A DNA stretch of 64,000 nucleotides from an uncultured Acetatifactor sp. (GCA_934433135.1 CAKRZO010000003.1:113511-177510), one strand, 5' to 3'. Positions 32,160-42,440 are shown, numbered from the stretch's first letter. Numbers and translations are program-made. The notes: a model not told the origin generated them from the sequence alone.

Positions 32160-33448
32160 CAACATTTTATCTATCCTCCGAAACGGAACAGTCCGTATGG
32201 ATGGTCTGCCTGTTCTTTTCCCTGATCCTGGATGTGTTTCTTTTCCTTGCGTCTTCCGACCGAGGTGAGAGCAGATGGTGGAGGCTTCTGGATACCGGAA
32301 CCTTTATCGCTATTCTGATTCTGCTGTGCATTGCCGGGGATGCCTTTGGTAAAAAGGTCGATGGCCTTCCCATAAATTCTTTGCTGCCGTTCCCGATGTG
32401 GCTGCTGTGGTGCATCACAGGTATGACAGGCGCTCTGCTCCTGTGCCAGACTGCTGACTTGATCTACCGGGAGAAGCGAACACTCAGCCGCAATTCTGTG
32501 AAGAAGGCAATTGATATGCTGCCCGTAGCGATCTGCTATTTCACCCCGTCAGGTACGCTCAAGCTGTGCAATCTGCAAATGCACCGCCTGTTCCGTATGC
32601 TGGCGCAAAGGGATCTCCAGCACTTCGATGAATTGCAGCAGGCACTTACGGAGTGCGACAGGAAAAGCAATGTTGTAAGGCTTCCCGATGTAGTGCAGAC
32701 CTATCTGTTTCCCGATGGTAAGTCCTGGCGCTACTCTCAAGCAGAGATAACGGTTCCGGATGGCACTGTTTACATAGAGGTACTCTTCTCAGATATAACC
32801 GAGCTTTATGAAAAAGAGCGGATGCTCAGGGAACAGACCGAAAAGCTCCAAAAATTCTCCCGTGACCTGAAGGTTCTTTCGGATAATGTACTGACATTGA
32901 CAAAGGAAACGGAAATCCTGTCGGCCAAAACCAAACTGCATGACCGGATGGGGGCGGGCATCCTTGCCATGCGGCTGATTTTGCAGCAAGAGCAGATATC
33001 TCAGGAAGCCGCAGACAGCCTTCTATTGTTTCAAAAAGCGATCAGATCCCTTAAAAATGACAACGCAGACTCCCGGGAGTGTGATGCGTTTGCAGATTTT
33101 TTGCAGGATGCCGATACTATCGGCGTAAAGATAGAATTGACTGGTGAATTGCCAAAGCAGGGGGAAATATATCACATATTTGTGAACGCCATGCGGGAAT
33201 GTCTGACCAACAGCGTCCGCCATGCGGACGCAACGACCCTTTCCGTCATTGTTAAACACAACAGTGCCCACACTTCCATGTGTATCACAAATAATGGAGT
33301 CCCCCCTGCAAATATCGTTGTTCCGAGGGGTGGTTTGCTCAACCTTCACCGCCATGTTACAAGCTTAGGAGGTACGATGGAAATACAGTGGTCACCGGCT
33401 TTTGCGCTGATGATTGTCATTCCCGCAGAAAAGGAGGAGACAGAATGA
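32156..33448 (+). CDS. Sensor histidine kinase, HisKA_3 (NarX/DegS-like) family
   Basis: TM segments, then the H-box KLHDRMGAGIL, then HATPase_c (NAMRECLTNSVRHADAT...GGLLNLHRHV..LGG). GTG start. Confidence 0.8.
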   Translation: MTTFYLSSETEQSVWMVCLFFSLILDVFLFLASSDRGESRWWRLLDTGTFIAILILLCIAGDAFGKKVDGLPINSLLPFPMWLLWCITGMTGALLLCQTADLIYREKRTLSRNSVKKAIDMLPVAICYFTPSGTLKLCNLQMHRLFRMLAQRDLQHFDELQQALTECDRKSNVVRLPDVVQTYLFPDGKSWRYSQAEITVPDGTVYIEVLFSDITELYEKERMLREQTEKLQKFSRDLKVLSDNVLTLTKETEILSAKTKLHDRMGAGILAMRLILQQEQISQEAADSLLLFQKAIRSLKNDNADSRECDAFADFLQDADTIGVKIELTGELPKQGEIYHIFVNAMRECLTNSVRHADATTLSVIVKHNSAHTSMCITNNGVPPANIVVPRGGLLNLHRHVTSLGGTMEIQWSPAFALMIVIPAEKEETE

Positions 33449-34095
33449 AACAGGTGTTAATTGTAGAGGATCAGCGGATGCCCCGCCAATATATGGAGAG
33501 AATGATCTCCGACAGTGAAAACTATGCCCTTGCAGCCAGTATAAGCAGTGCGGCTCTTGCGCTTGCCTGCTGCAAACGGCAGATGATTGATCTGATCCTG
33601 ATGGATGTATGTACTGCCGGAAACAAGGACGGCATCGAAGCTGCCGCCGAAATCAAAGCGTTGTTCCCAAACATAAAAATCATCGTTGTCACATCAATAG
33701 TCGAGGCAGGTTTCCTGGAAAGAGCCATAGCCGCGAAGGTTGATAGCTTCTGGTACAAAGATTTAAGCCCCGAATCCCTGATTGATGTCATCAAACGCAC
33801 GATGGCGGGAGAACGTCTCTTCCCGCATGAAACACCACAAGTGAAAATAGGTCATGCCAACAGTACGGATTTGACCGCAAAAGAAATCCAGGTACTGCGC
33901 CTTGTATGTGATGGTCTGGAATACAGCGAAATTGCCCAAGCCCTTTTGATCACAGAGAGAACCGTGAAATATCATGTTTCCAATATCCTGCAAAAAACAG
34001 GCTATGCCAACAAGACCCGTCTTGCCATAGCAGTTACAGGCAAGAAATTTATTATTCCGAGCCTTCCGGAGGAGCAGGGCTTTGGCATAACCTGA
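33445..34095 (+). CDS. Response regulator, NarL/FixJ family (REC + LuxR HTH)
   Basis: MKQVLIVEDQ...LILMDV... plus LuxR-type HTH (LTAKEIQVLRLVCDGLEYSEIAQALLITERTVKYHVSNIL). RBS GGAGGAGA. Confidence 0.85.
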   Translation: MKQVLIVEDQRMPRQYMERMISDSENYALAASISSAALALACCKRQMIDLILMDVCTAGNKDGIEAAAEIKALFPNIKIIVVTSIVEAGFLERAIAAKVDSFWYKDLSPESLIDVIKRTMAGERLFPHETPQVKIGHANSTDLTAKEIQVLRLVCDGLEYSEIAQALLITERTVKYHVSNILQKTGYANKTRLAIAVTGKKFIIPSLPEEQGFGIT

Positions 34096-34239
34096 TAACA
34101 GAGCAGGCAGCTTATTTTCCGGTTTCAGGAAAGCCTGAAAAATTTTTGAAAAACTGTACTCATGGACAGTGTGGAGTATTGGCGTCTTTGTTATACTGGT
34201 ATCATCAAAAGATTATAATGAGTTACAGGAGGTCGCCTT

Positions 34240-34623
34240 ATGCGAAGAATCGTTATTGATATGCAGAGCGCCCTGTTTGCGGATGCAGTGGCCGAAGCTC
34301 TGCGCAACTTTGATTCTGATCTGGAACCGATCCTGAGCGAAAGCCCGGACAAAACTCTGTCGCTATGTGATACTGTGCTTGCTAATGTCCTGATCATGGA
34401 AGTCACCATATATACGTCCAGGACACTGGAGGAACGACTGAAAATCCGAAACGCCCTGAAAAGAGCTCATCCGGATTGCAAAATCGTGCTGATAGTGGAT
34501 GAAAACACAGAGAAAAAACTGGCGGACAAAGTACGGCAGGCCAAGAAGGACGGTCTGGTGGATAATTTTATTTACGGCTCTATTTCTTCCAGCTATCTCT
34601 CTGCTGTCATTGATGCACTTTAG
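34240..34623 (+). CDS. Stand-alone receiver-like domain with Glu at the phospho-acceptor position (pseudo-receiver)
   Basis: 127 aa. The REC-like beta-alpha pattern has VLIMEV where canonical receivers have LxxD. Confidence 0.45.
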   Translation: MRRIVIDMQSALFADAVAEALRNFDSDLEPILSESPDKTLSLCDTVLANVLIMEVTIYTSRTLEERLKIRNALKRAHPDCKIVLIVDENTEKKLADKVRQAKKDGLVDNFIYGSISSSYLSAVIDAL

Positions 34624-34668
34624 AAAAGAGACTGATGAAGTTCAGGCGAAGCATAAGAGGAGACCGAA

Positions 34669-36111
34669 ATGAAAAAAGTATTAAATTTATTTCTCGCTGA
34701 TCGGCGACTGCTTTGTGTCGCCTGCGGCGCAAATAGCCATGTGAAAAAACGGCATATTAATGCATTGCATTTTAATGCTTTTTTTTGCGCTATTATACTT
34801 CTATTGATCATAACAGGTTGCGGGAATAGAGCCGGAAAGGATCCCATCACACTGACTATGTGGCACGTCTATGGCAGTCAGACTGAATCGCCGCTTAATG
34901 TGATGATCAATGAGTTTAACCAAACGAAGGGAAAAGAACGTGGCATTGTTGTTTCCGTTGTTTCCGTCACAAATTCCACTGCTATTGACGATGTGCTGAT
35001 TGCCTCTGCCCATAACGAGCCGGGGGCGGTTCCCATGCCGGATCTGTTCACGGCCTATCCACGAGTAGCGGAAGAAATCGGCCTTGACAGACTTTTAGAT
35101 TGGGGCGAATATCTTTCAGAGGAGGAACGCTCCGCCTATGTGGATGAATTTCTGGCAGAAGGCGTCCTGGATGGACGTTTGGTTATGTTGCCTGTCGCCA
35201 AGTCAACAGAGTTGCTGTTCCTGAACAAAACGATATTTGATCGTTTTTCCGCTGACACAGGAGCATCGGAGGAAGATCTTCTCCATTTTGATACCCTTTT
35301 CGATTTGTGTTGCCGATATTATGATTGGTCAGACGGTGCGGAGATGTTTCAAATCAATGACTTCTATCATTACTTCCTGGTCAACATAGCCGGGCTGGGC
35401 GGGCAGTTCGTCCGGGACGGGAAGTTGGATTGCAACAGTAAGGAATTTGAGCAAGTCTGTCTGCCAATGGCTCGTGCGGCAATCCACGGGGGGCTCTGTA
35501 CCGGGGACGGCTATGCTTCTGACCGCTGGAAAACAGCAGAAGTTATCAGCAATATCGGTTCCACGGCAGGAATGTTGTATCTGCGGGACTATGTGACCTA
35601 TCGGGACAATACCACAGAGGAAATTGAAACAGCCGTATATCCTTATCCTGTCTTTTCCGGTGCCGCACCGGTAGTCATACAACGGGGAACCGGATTGTTT
35701 GCCATGAAAAGTGATGATGAGCGAAAGAATGAGGCTGCCGCAGTTTTCGGGAAATGGATCACGGAGGATGAACACAACCTGGACTTTGTGATCGCTTCCG
35801 GATACCTGCCGGTTACGGAAAATACCTTTTCCACACTGTTCTCTGATATGAGCATTGTTGAGAATGAAAAGTTCCGGACCCTTTATGGCGCAGTGAATCA
35901 AATGTATAACCACTACACTTTTTATCCTTTGCCACTGTATGACTCTTCCGGAGAAATACAGTCCGGATTTGAGGAGACCGTAAAGAATGTATTATCCATT
36001 GCCCACCGGGATTATATCAGCCGCATAGAACACGGGGATGACCCGGAAACAGCTATGTCGGAACTCCTTGATTCTTCGCTTTCGGAAATTCGGGACGCCG
36101 TAGAGCGGTGA
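34669..36111 (+). CDS. Extracellular solute-binding lipoprotein (family 1 SBP) with no cognate permeases nearby; probable signalling SBP
   Basis: A classic lipoprotein signal (MKKRHINALHFNAFFCAIILLLIITGC) begins at GTG 34741. The ATG at 34669 has a strong RBS, but the added N-terminus overlaps the conserved intergenic module. Confidence 0.7.
   Translation: MKKVLNLFLADRRLLCVACGANSHVKKRHINALHFNAFFCAIILLLIITGCGNRAGKDPITLTMWHVYGSQTESPLNVMINEFNQTKGKERGIVVSVVSVTNSTAIDDVLIASAHNEPGAVPMPDLFTAYPRVAEEIGLDRLLDWGEYLSEEERSAYVDEFLAEGVLDGRLVMLPVAKSTELLFLNKTIFDRFSADTGASEEDLLHFDTLFDLCCRYYDWSDGAEMFQINDFYHYFLVNIAGLGGQFVRDGKLDCNSKEFEQVCLPMARAAIHGGLCTGDGYASDRWKTAEVISNIGSTAGMLYLRDYVTYRDNTTEEIETAVYPYPVFSGAAPVVIQRGTGLFAMKSDDERKNEAAAVFGKWITEDEHNLDFVIASGYLPVTENTFSTLFSDMSIVENEKFRTLYGAVNQMYNHYTFYPLPLYDSSGEIQSGFEETVKNVLSIAHRDYISRIEHGDDPETAMSELLDSSLSEIRDAVER
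34681..34738 (+). repeat. Conserved intergenic module, copy 2
   Basis: ttaaatttatttctcgctgatcggcgaCTGCTTTGTGTCGCCTGCGGCGCAAATAGCC. Confidence 0.55.
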
Positions 36112-36129
36112 CACAAGAGAGGGAAAACC

Positions 36130-37872
36130 ATGATATTACGCCTGAAAGAAATCAAGTCCTCACTGGAGGCGGCTCAAACGCAGGGTGTTTCCATGCGCCG
36201 CCGCCTGATGATTTACCTTTTTACCATAATGCTTTTTTTCGCGCTCCTGATCGCTATGCTGCTGCTTCTTTTCGGTGCGATCGACCCCATTGGATATGAG
36301 ATTGAACGGGCTTTGGATAATCAACTGGAGAATTCTGCAAATACCATAGAACGTCAGAGTAATGATCAGGCGGCCTACGCACTTGCCTTTTCCCAACAGA
36401 TAACAGCAGCGGTCAAGGATGAACTTGCAGATGCCGGAATTACCTTCGACCAGCTTCGTAATACTTCTGATGCATTGGAATCCATGCAAGACAAGCTCTT
36501 TGAGATTGTCAATAACAACATGCTGCTTACACCTTGCAGCGGCGCATTTTGCTTTTTGAACACAACTGTCAACGATACGCTGCCTGACAAAAGCTATAGC
36601 GGGCTGTATCTGAAGTTTGCGAATCTTTATGCAGAGAACACAATACATAATAATGTTTGCCTTTTTCGCGGATTTTCCACTGTTGCGCGAGAAAAGAACA
36701 TGAATCTCCATAGCACATGGCAATTGGAAACACAAGAGGGAGTATTTCCGGAAATTGACCGACTGATGTCCTGCCAAAGTGGGAATCTTTCCGAATCCTA
36801 CTTACTTACATCCGTCTATAAACTGCCTGATACCTGGGAAAGAGTTCGTTTTCTCTGTATACCCATTCTGGATTCTCATGGAATCACAATCGGCGTGTGC
36901 GGCTTTGAGATCAGTAGTCTGTATTTTTCACTTTCTTATAAAACACTGGGAAGCGGACAGGCGCATATTTTCTGTGCCTTGCTGACAGAAGAAAAAGATC
37001 ATTATACGGGGCAGATTGCCGGAAATCAATCCGGCTATTTCCCTCTGGCTGAAAATACTTTTTCTCTTGAGAACAAGGCAGCCCTGACTACCTTCCGTAG
37101 CGGAGATACTGAATTTATCGGTAAAATCCGGGAACTGAAAATAGGAACGACTGACCATACAGTTGCTGTTATGCTCCCCGCTGCGGAATATCAGGCGCTT
37201 GTGCAGACGGTGCGGCTCAAAATTGCCGTATTCTTATTTATCGCATCTTTTGCCATATTAGTCTCTGTTTTTTGGGGCAGTAAAAAATATGTTGTACCTA
37301 TATTGAAAGACCTGGAGCGAATCAAAACTGACACAGATCGGACGCAGGGCGGATCTCACGTCCTGGAAATTGAAGATCTCTTTTCTTTCCTTGCGGAACA
37401 GGATCGGAAACATGAAGCAACTTTATCCGCTTTGAATCAAGAAAGGCTGAAGGCTCAAGGCAGACAGGAACAGCTGCAAAACGAGCTGGAACAGACTAAT
37501 AGTGATCTTGGATCCGCGCAGGCAGAAATTGCCCGGCTTGCCTATTCCAGAAAACAGGAGATCGATCCCTATGACTTTCAATATTTTCTGGAGGGAATCA
37601 GCCAGCTTACTCCGGCAGAAAGAAAAGTTTTTGATCTGTATCTTGAAGGAAAAAACACAAAAGAAATTATTACAATTTTAGGAATTACAGAAAACACATT
37701 AAAGTTTCACAACAAAAATATCTACAACAAGTTGGGCGTTTCATCCCGAAAGCAACTCCTTCGTTATGCCGCTTTAATGAAACACGCAGAAGGAACATGT
37801 TCCGCAATAACGGAGCAGGTGGAGATGCCCAAAAGAGGTAATTTGCTTTGCAGACAAAAGAAATTAAAATAA
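36130..37872 (+). CDS. Membrane-anchored one-component regulator: TM - extracytoplasmic sensor domain - TM - coiled coil - LuxR-type HTH
   Basis: Two TM helices flank a domain of about 330 aa. C-terminal LTPAERKVFDLYLEGKNTKEIITILGITENTLKFHNKNIYNKLGV. Confidence 0.7.
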   Translation: MILRLKEIKSSLEAAQTQGVSMRRRLMIYLFTIMLFFALLIAMLLLLFGAIDPIGYEIERALDNQLENSANTIERQSNDQAAYALAFSQQITAAVKDELADAGITFDQLRNTSDALESMQDKLFEIVNNNMLLTPCSGAFCFLNTTVNDTLPDKSYSGLYLKFANLYAENTIHNNVCLFRGFSTVAREKNMNLHSTWQLETQEGVFPEIDRLMSCQSGNLSESYLLTSVYKLPDTWERVRFLCIPILDSHGITIGVCGFEISSLYFSLSYKTLGSGQAHIFCALLTEEKDHYTGQIAGNQSGYFPLAENTFSLENKAALTTFRSGDTEFIGKIRELKIGTTDHTVAVMLPAAEYQALVQTVRLKIAVFLFIASFAILVSVFWGSKKYVVPILKDLERIKTDTDRTQGGSHVLEIEDLFSFLAEQDRKHEATLSALNQERLKAQGRQEQLQNELEQTNSDLGSAQAEIARLAYSRKQEIDPYDFQYFLEGISQLTPAERKVFDLYLEGKNTKEIITILGITENTLKFHNKNIYNKLGVSSRKQLLRYAALMKHAEGTCSAITEQVEMPKRGNLLCRQKKLK

Positions 37873-37882
37873 GGAATACAAA

Positions 37883-38654
37883 AATGAAATTTCCGGAAGG
37901 AAACGTTCATAATAATTCTCAAAATAATTCATATAATCATTTACAAAATAACTTTCGCAAAGGCTTGGCGGACGGAATTCCCATTGCACTTGGGTATGTC
38001 TCGGTTTCTTTTGCATTCGGTATGGAAGCGGTCTCAGGAGGGCTTCCTGTCTGGGCCGCCGTTCTGATTTCCATGACCAATCTTACCAGTGCCGGGCAGT
38101 TCGCCGGGCTTACACTGATTTTAAGCAGCGCATCCTTCCTGGAAATGGCTCTTACCCAGTTTATTATCAACCTGCGTTATTCCCTGATGTCTATCTCTCT
38201 GTCCCAAAAGCTGCACAAAGGTGTTACTCTGCCGGACAGACTTCTGATCGCTTTCGGCAATACGGATGAAATCTTTGCAGTTGCCAGTGGCCAGGATGCA
38301 GAAGTCGGAAGAAAGTACTTATATGGTCTGATCTGTATGCCTTATGTCGGCTGGGCTGCCGGCACCTTCTTCGGCGCTGCTGCTTCTGCCCTTTTGCCGG
38401 AAATCATCCGCTCCGCTTTGGGAATCGCCATTTACGGTATGTTCCTTGCCATTATCATACCCCCGGCCAGGAAAAGCCGGACGATTCTTGCCGTAATACT
38501 GACCGCAGCCGGTTTAAGCTGCCTGTTTACCTATACTCCCGGCCTTAAGAATGTATCTTCCGGCTTTGTGATCATTATTTGTGCCATTGTTGCCGCAGCA
38601 TTGGGCGCTGTTATGCGTCCGGTAGAACCGGATTCCACCGAACCTGACGCATAG
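37883..38654 (+). CDS. azlC: AzlC-family branched-chain amino acid transporter subunit
   Basis: AzlC fold (GIPIALGYVSVSFAFG...). Start ATG 37883. Confidence 0.75.
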
Positions 38655-38835
38655 GAGTAGCAGAAAATGGCATGCTGTCTACAACATACTGCCGACAACT
38701 CTTCCTGCAAGGCGTCCCTTTTCCGTTGGCATAGGGGCGGCCGGGAATGACAGACTGCCGAAAAAGTCAAAATTCGTAAGGTTTCCGGCTGGGGTAAAAC
38801 GGTAAGAAGATTTTTTCAAAATGAGGAGAACGAAC

Positions 38836-39135
38836 ATGAAAAGCTTACTTTCTTATATTGCCGTCATGGCTTTGGTTACTTATCTGGTGCGCATGGTTCC
38901 TCTGGTTCTTTTCCGTAAAAAAGTGGAAAACCGTTTCCTTCGCTCCTTCCTGTACTACATTCCCTATGCAGTACTTTCCGCCATGACCTTTCCGGCGATT
39001 TTCTCCTCCACAGCCGATTTTAAATCCGCTTTGGCAGGCACCTTAGTCGCCCTGATTCTGGCCTTTTTTGAAAAAGGGCTGCTTCCTGTGGCGCTCAGTG
39101 CCTGCGGTGCGGCATTGCTCGTGACATTCCTGTAA
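38836..39135 (+). CDS. azlD: AzlD-family branched-chain amino acid transport protein
   Basis: 100-aa hydrophobic protein. RBS GAGGAGAA before ATG 38836. Confidence 0.7.
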   Translation: MKSLLSYIAVMALVTYLVRMVPLVLFRKKVENRFLRSFLYYIPYAVLSAMTFPAIFSSTADFKSALAGTLVALILAFFEKGLLPVALSACGAALLVTFL

Positions 39136-39156
39136 TATTTTCACAATAATTCTTTT

Positions 39157-40440
39157 TTACAGAAACAGCACTTCCCAGTCTTCCGGCGGATTGCCCAGAT
39201 CCGGCACATCCATGGCAACACCGCCTCTTAAAGCAGACTCGTGTGCCACAAGACCCGGAATGTTAAAGCGTGCGGCTGTCCAGATGTTGGTAGGCGACAG
39301 TTTTCCGGTCTCATAAGCCCGGCAGAAATCATCAATCATATACTTGTGCGTTCCGTTGTGTCCGTTGCGCACCACTTTATAAGACTCCGGCAGTCTGTCC
39401 ATGGACTGAATCGGTGCAGCGCCGTAAATTCCTTCTTCCCCTTCCGGTATTTCAAAAAGATCATCCCCGCCAGCCAAAGCCTGAATCGTTGTAGCATAAT
39501 CTTTTTCCAGCATACGTGTTACAATGGCCGGCTGCAGTTCTTCCGTTACATCTTTCATAATTACTTTACCATACCGACCCTCAGCCTTATCCCAGGTTGC
39601 CAGATGATGCTTTGCTACGGAAAATTCATATCCGCCGTCCGTTCCGTAGAACTGGGAAATATAAGTCTCCGGCGCCCTCCAACCTACACAGCGGTTCTCA
39701 CTGATTCTGGCAATGCCGCCGTTGGAAAGTTCCAGAAGCATGGCTGTATTTCCAAAGGGATTGTCATAATTATTGACACCGTTTTCCCCGAAAATATCCG
39801 TCCGGATGGTATCCCGGTAACCAAGCGCCATAACCCTTTTTGCATATACACCCGGCATGGTACTTAAAATACAGGACGTAGAATGAGTCGGATAGAACAT
39901 GGGCGGAATCCCCGCAAAACGCTTCCAGTCTTCACCTCCGGAACTGCGGAAGCTCTGCTCCATATTCCGGATATCATGATTGTACTGCGCTTCTCCGTAA
40001 ACAAACTTCCCGAAAGTCCCCCTGGCAAATTCCCGGCGGCAGAATAGAACAGGAGCACGATAATACCCCGTTTCTCCCATGGAATAGGTCAGTCTTGTTT
40101 TTCTTACCAGCTCTTCGATCTCCTGAATCTCATCAATGCTGACAGCGCAGGGAACCGCACTGTAAACATGTTTTCCGGCCTTCAATGCCCGGATTACCAA
40201 CGGGCCGTGGCTGAACCGCTGTGTAAAAACAGCCACGGCATTGATTTTATCGCTTGCAAGCGCCTCTTCAAAACTGTCAATGATTTTCACATCAAAGCGC
40301 TTTGCATACTCCTCTGCCCGTTCTTTACGGATGTCGCAGACATAAACCTCTTCTACCACCGGATGCAGCTTAAACAACGGTACAAAAAACTGGCTGAACC
40401 TTCCGCAACCGATGATGGCAACTTTCATCTTTTCTTTCAT
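39157..40440 (-). CDS. Gfo/Idh/MocA-family NAD(P)-dependent oxidoreductase
   Basis: N-terminal Rossmann motif KVAIIGCGRFSQ. 427 aa. Confidence 0.8.
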   Translation of the reverse strand: MKEKMKVAIIGCGRFSQFFVPLFKLHPVVEEVYVCDIRKERAEEYAKRFDVKIIDSFEEALASDKINAVAVFTQRFSHGPLVIRALKAGKHVYSAVPCAVSIDEIQEIEELVRKTRLTYSMGETGYYRAPVLFCRREFARGTFGKFVYGEAQYNHDIRNMEQSFRSSGGEDWKRFAGIPPMFYPTHSTSCILSTMPGVYAKRVMALGYRDTIRTDIFGENGVNNYDNPFGNTAMLLELSNGGIARISENRCVGWRAPETYISQFYGTDGGYEFSVAKHHLATWDKAEGRYGKVIMKDVTEELQPAIVTRMLEKDYATTIQALAGGDDLFEIPEGEEGIYGAAPIQSMDRLPESYKVVRNGHNGTHKYMIDDFCRAYETGKLSPTNIWTAARFNIPGLVAHESALRGGVAMDVPDLGNPPEDWEVLFL

Positions 40441-40484
40441 GATAATCCTCCCTCCTGCAGATGCCTTTCCGGCAAAAAAGGTAC

Positions 40485-40545
40485 GTCAAATTTCGGATTT
40501 GACACAGTGATCCCGGCTTCTTTGCAGCATCTGCGGTACAAAATG
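40485..40545 (+). repeat. Conserved intergenic module, copy 3 (GTCAAATTTCGGATTTGAC + CTTTGCAGCATCTGCGGTACAAAATG)
   Basis: Perfect 7-bp inverted repeat. The second half is more diverged. Confidence 0.5.
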
Positions 40546-41542
40546 TTATGTAACATCTTCTTTTTTCCGGAAAATCCAGCTCTTCTCGTGCATGCCGGTT
40601 TCAAACTGGGAAATGCTTAAGCTCCAGTCTTCTTTTTCCCGGAACTTTCTGACAAAGGTTTTGCCCAGCAATCCTTTTTCCTCCAAATGGATATAGCAGG
40701 CTCTGTCACAGGCTCTTCCGCAGATGGATGTGCGGTAAAAATGTTTCGCAGGCGGATAAAAATACGTGTGATCCAGGATTTCCTTTGCCTCTTCTTTATC
40801 AAAAGAGGCCGTTCCGTTGATGATCTCCATCCGATCTGCAAAACCATCATAGGCTTCCGGCGGCATAAAGGGATTCTTACTGCCGTTTGCTCCGTTATAA
40901 TAGACGGCGCATCTCCAGCAATCCGTTTTTCCTTTCGCATCAATGGCATGTCCCGGGCAGGCCTTCATACATTCCCGGCATCCGTCACAGAGGTTTTTCC
41001 TGGCAAGGGGTGTCTCTTCCAGAACCGCATCCGTCAAAATAAAGCAATAGCGGATGAAAGGACCGTAATCCTTATTTAACAGGGTATGAATAAAGCTCTC
41101 CTCCCCCAGACCGCAGGCTACGGCACACTTCAAAAAATCAATCTGGTTCTCGGCCTTTACCCCTCGATAAATATCCGTATAATCCACTTCCGGATTGGTG
41201 GAGTCCGTCTGTGTCATAATCAACTGATTACGTCTCTGCGGAATGGCTTCATACCCTTCCTCTTCCACCAGATTACTTACATTAATCAGTGCAAGCGGCA
41301 TAACCGTCTCTTCCAGATTTTCCACACCCATCGTCGTATACTGATAATAAGTGGTGCCTTCTTCCACACCCCTATAGATTCCCCGAAGAATGCGGAAACC
41401 CAGTCCGATAACGGTTTTCGTTCCCGGGTAAATTTTAAAAACCGGATCTTCGGGAAGAAATCTGGCCGCCGATGCAAATCCCACCACATCCGCATCATAA
41501 CGCAGGGCGCATTCCATGATTCTGTCTCTTAAATCGCTCACA
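40546..41542 (-). CDS. QueG/reductive-dehalogenase-superfamily Fe-S protein, paralog 1 (epoxyqueuosine-reductase-like)
   Basis: AVACGLGE, then CDGCRECMKACPGHAI (Cx2Cx2Cx3CP), then a second Cys cluster. The GTG start overlaps the paralog-2 stop (GTGA). The ORF-track TTG start reads through the RBS AAAGGAGGCGGGGG. Confidence 0.6.
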
Positions 41543-42440
41543 GTACCCCCGCCTCCTTTAAATGATGATAGCAAACTGTTTCACAGCGTTTTCCGCACAG
41601 GCACGGCACATAACCGAAATGTGTGGCCGGCAGGAATTTTAACTCCGGATAAATCTCCCGTGCGCTCTCCCGGTCAAAATGCTTTTCCCCGTTTAAAATC
41701 GCTTCCCGATCCGGACAATCCTTTAAGAAATCCTCCTTCATAAAAGGATTAGACTTATGGGCTCCTCTGTAATAGACGCTGCACTGCCAGCTGTCCACAC
41801 CCTGTTCGCTAATGGCAGCTCCCGGACAGGCGTCCCTGCATTTTCCGCACCTGTCGCACAACTCTTTTTCAAACGGCTTATCGTGGGCAAGCGGCATATC
41901 CGTAATGATAAAAACGTACCGCAGATACGGGCCGTACCTGGGCGCGATGACTTTTCCGTGCATGCCGATGCTTCCGAGCCCGCAGACAACCGCCGCCTTA
42001 TTGTAATCGATGATCACATCCGGTACCGGCTTATCCGGCGCTACCGGACTGGCAAATTCCAGTTCGTAGATTCTGGATACTTCCGGATTGGTGGATTTAT
42101 CTCCCTGAATACGAAATCCCGGAATGCTTCGCTGCAGACAGGCATCGTATCCTTCATTTTCAATCAAGGCACCCATTTTCAAGAGGAAAATTTCCGCGAA
42201 ACTCTCGTCTATGTATTTTACGCCGAGATTAACATAGTTGTAATACTGTGTCTGATCCTCCATGGCATGGTACAGTCCCTTCGGCACCTTGATCCCGAAA
42301 CCGATAATGCTTTTCGCACCCGGCAGAATGGAAAAGGGATTTCTCTGGGGATCTTCTTTCCTTAAAAGCTCCACGTCGCCGATTCCGCAGACTGCTGCCC
42401 CAAGTTCCCTTGCTTTTTGTTTGATTGTTTCTGCTTTCAT
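41538..42440 (-). CDS. QueG/RdhA-superfamily Fe-S protein, paralog 2
   Basis: AAVVCGLGS...CDRCGKCRDACPGAAI. 300 aa. Confidence 0.6.
   Translation of the reverse strand: MKAETIKQKARELGAAVCGIGDVELLRKEDPQRNPFSILPGAKSIIGFGIKVPKGLYHAMEDQTQYYNYVNLGVKYIDESFAEIFLLKMGALIENEGYDACLQRSIPGFRIQGDKSTNPEVSRIYELEFASPVAPDKPVPDVIIDYNKAAVVCGLGSIGMHGKVIAPRYGPYLRYVFIITDMPLAHDKPFEKELCDRCGKCRDACPGAAISEQGVDSWQCSVYYRGAHKSNPFMKEDFLKDCPDREAILNGEKHFDRESAREIYPELKFLPATHFGYVPCLCGKRCETVCYHHLKEAGVL

Noticed and set aside
38655-38835. Possible riboswitch or small ORF in the 180-bp azlC-azlD spacer
   Set aside because: Only a 27-codon ORF without an RBS. No recognisable conserved RNA motif and too little evidence.
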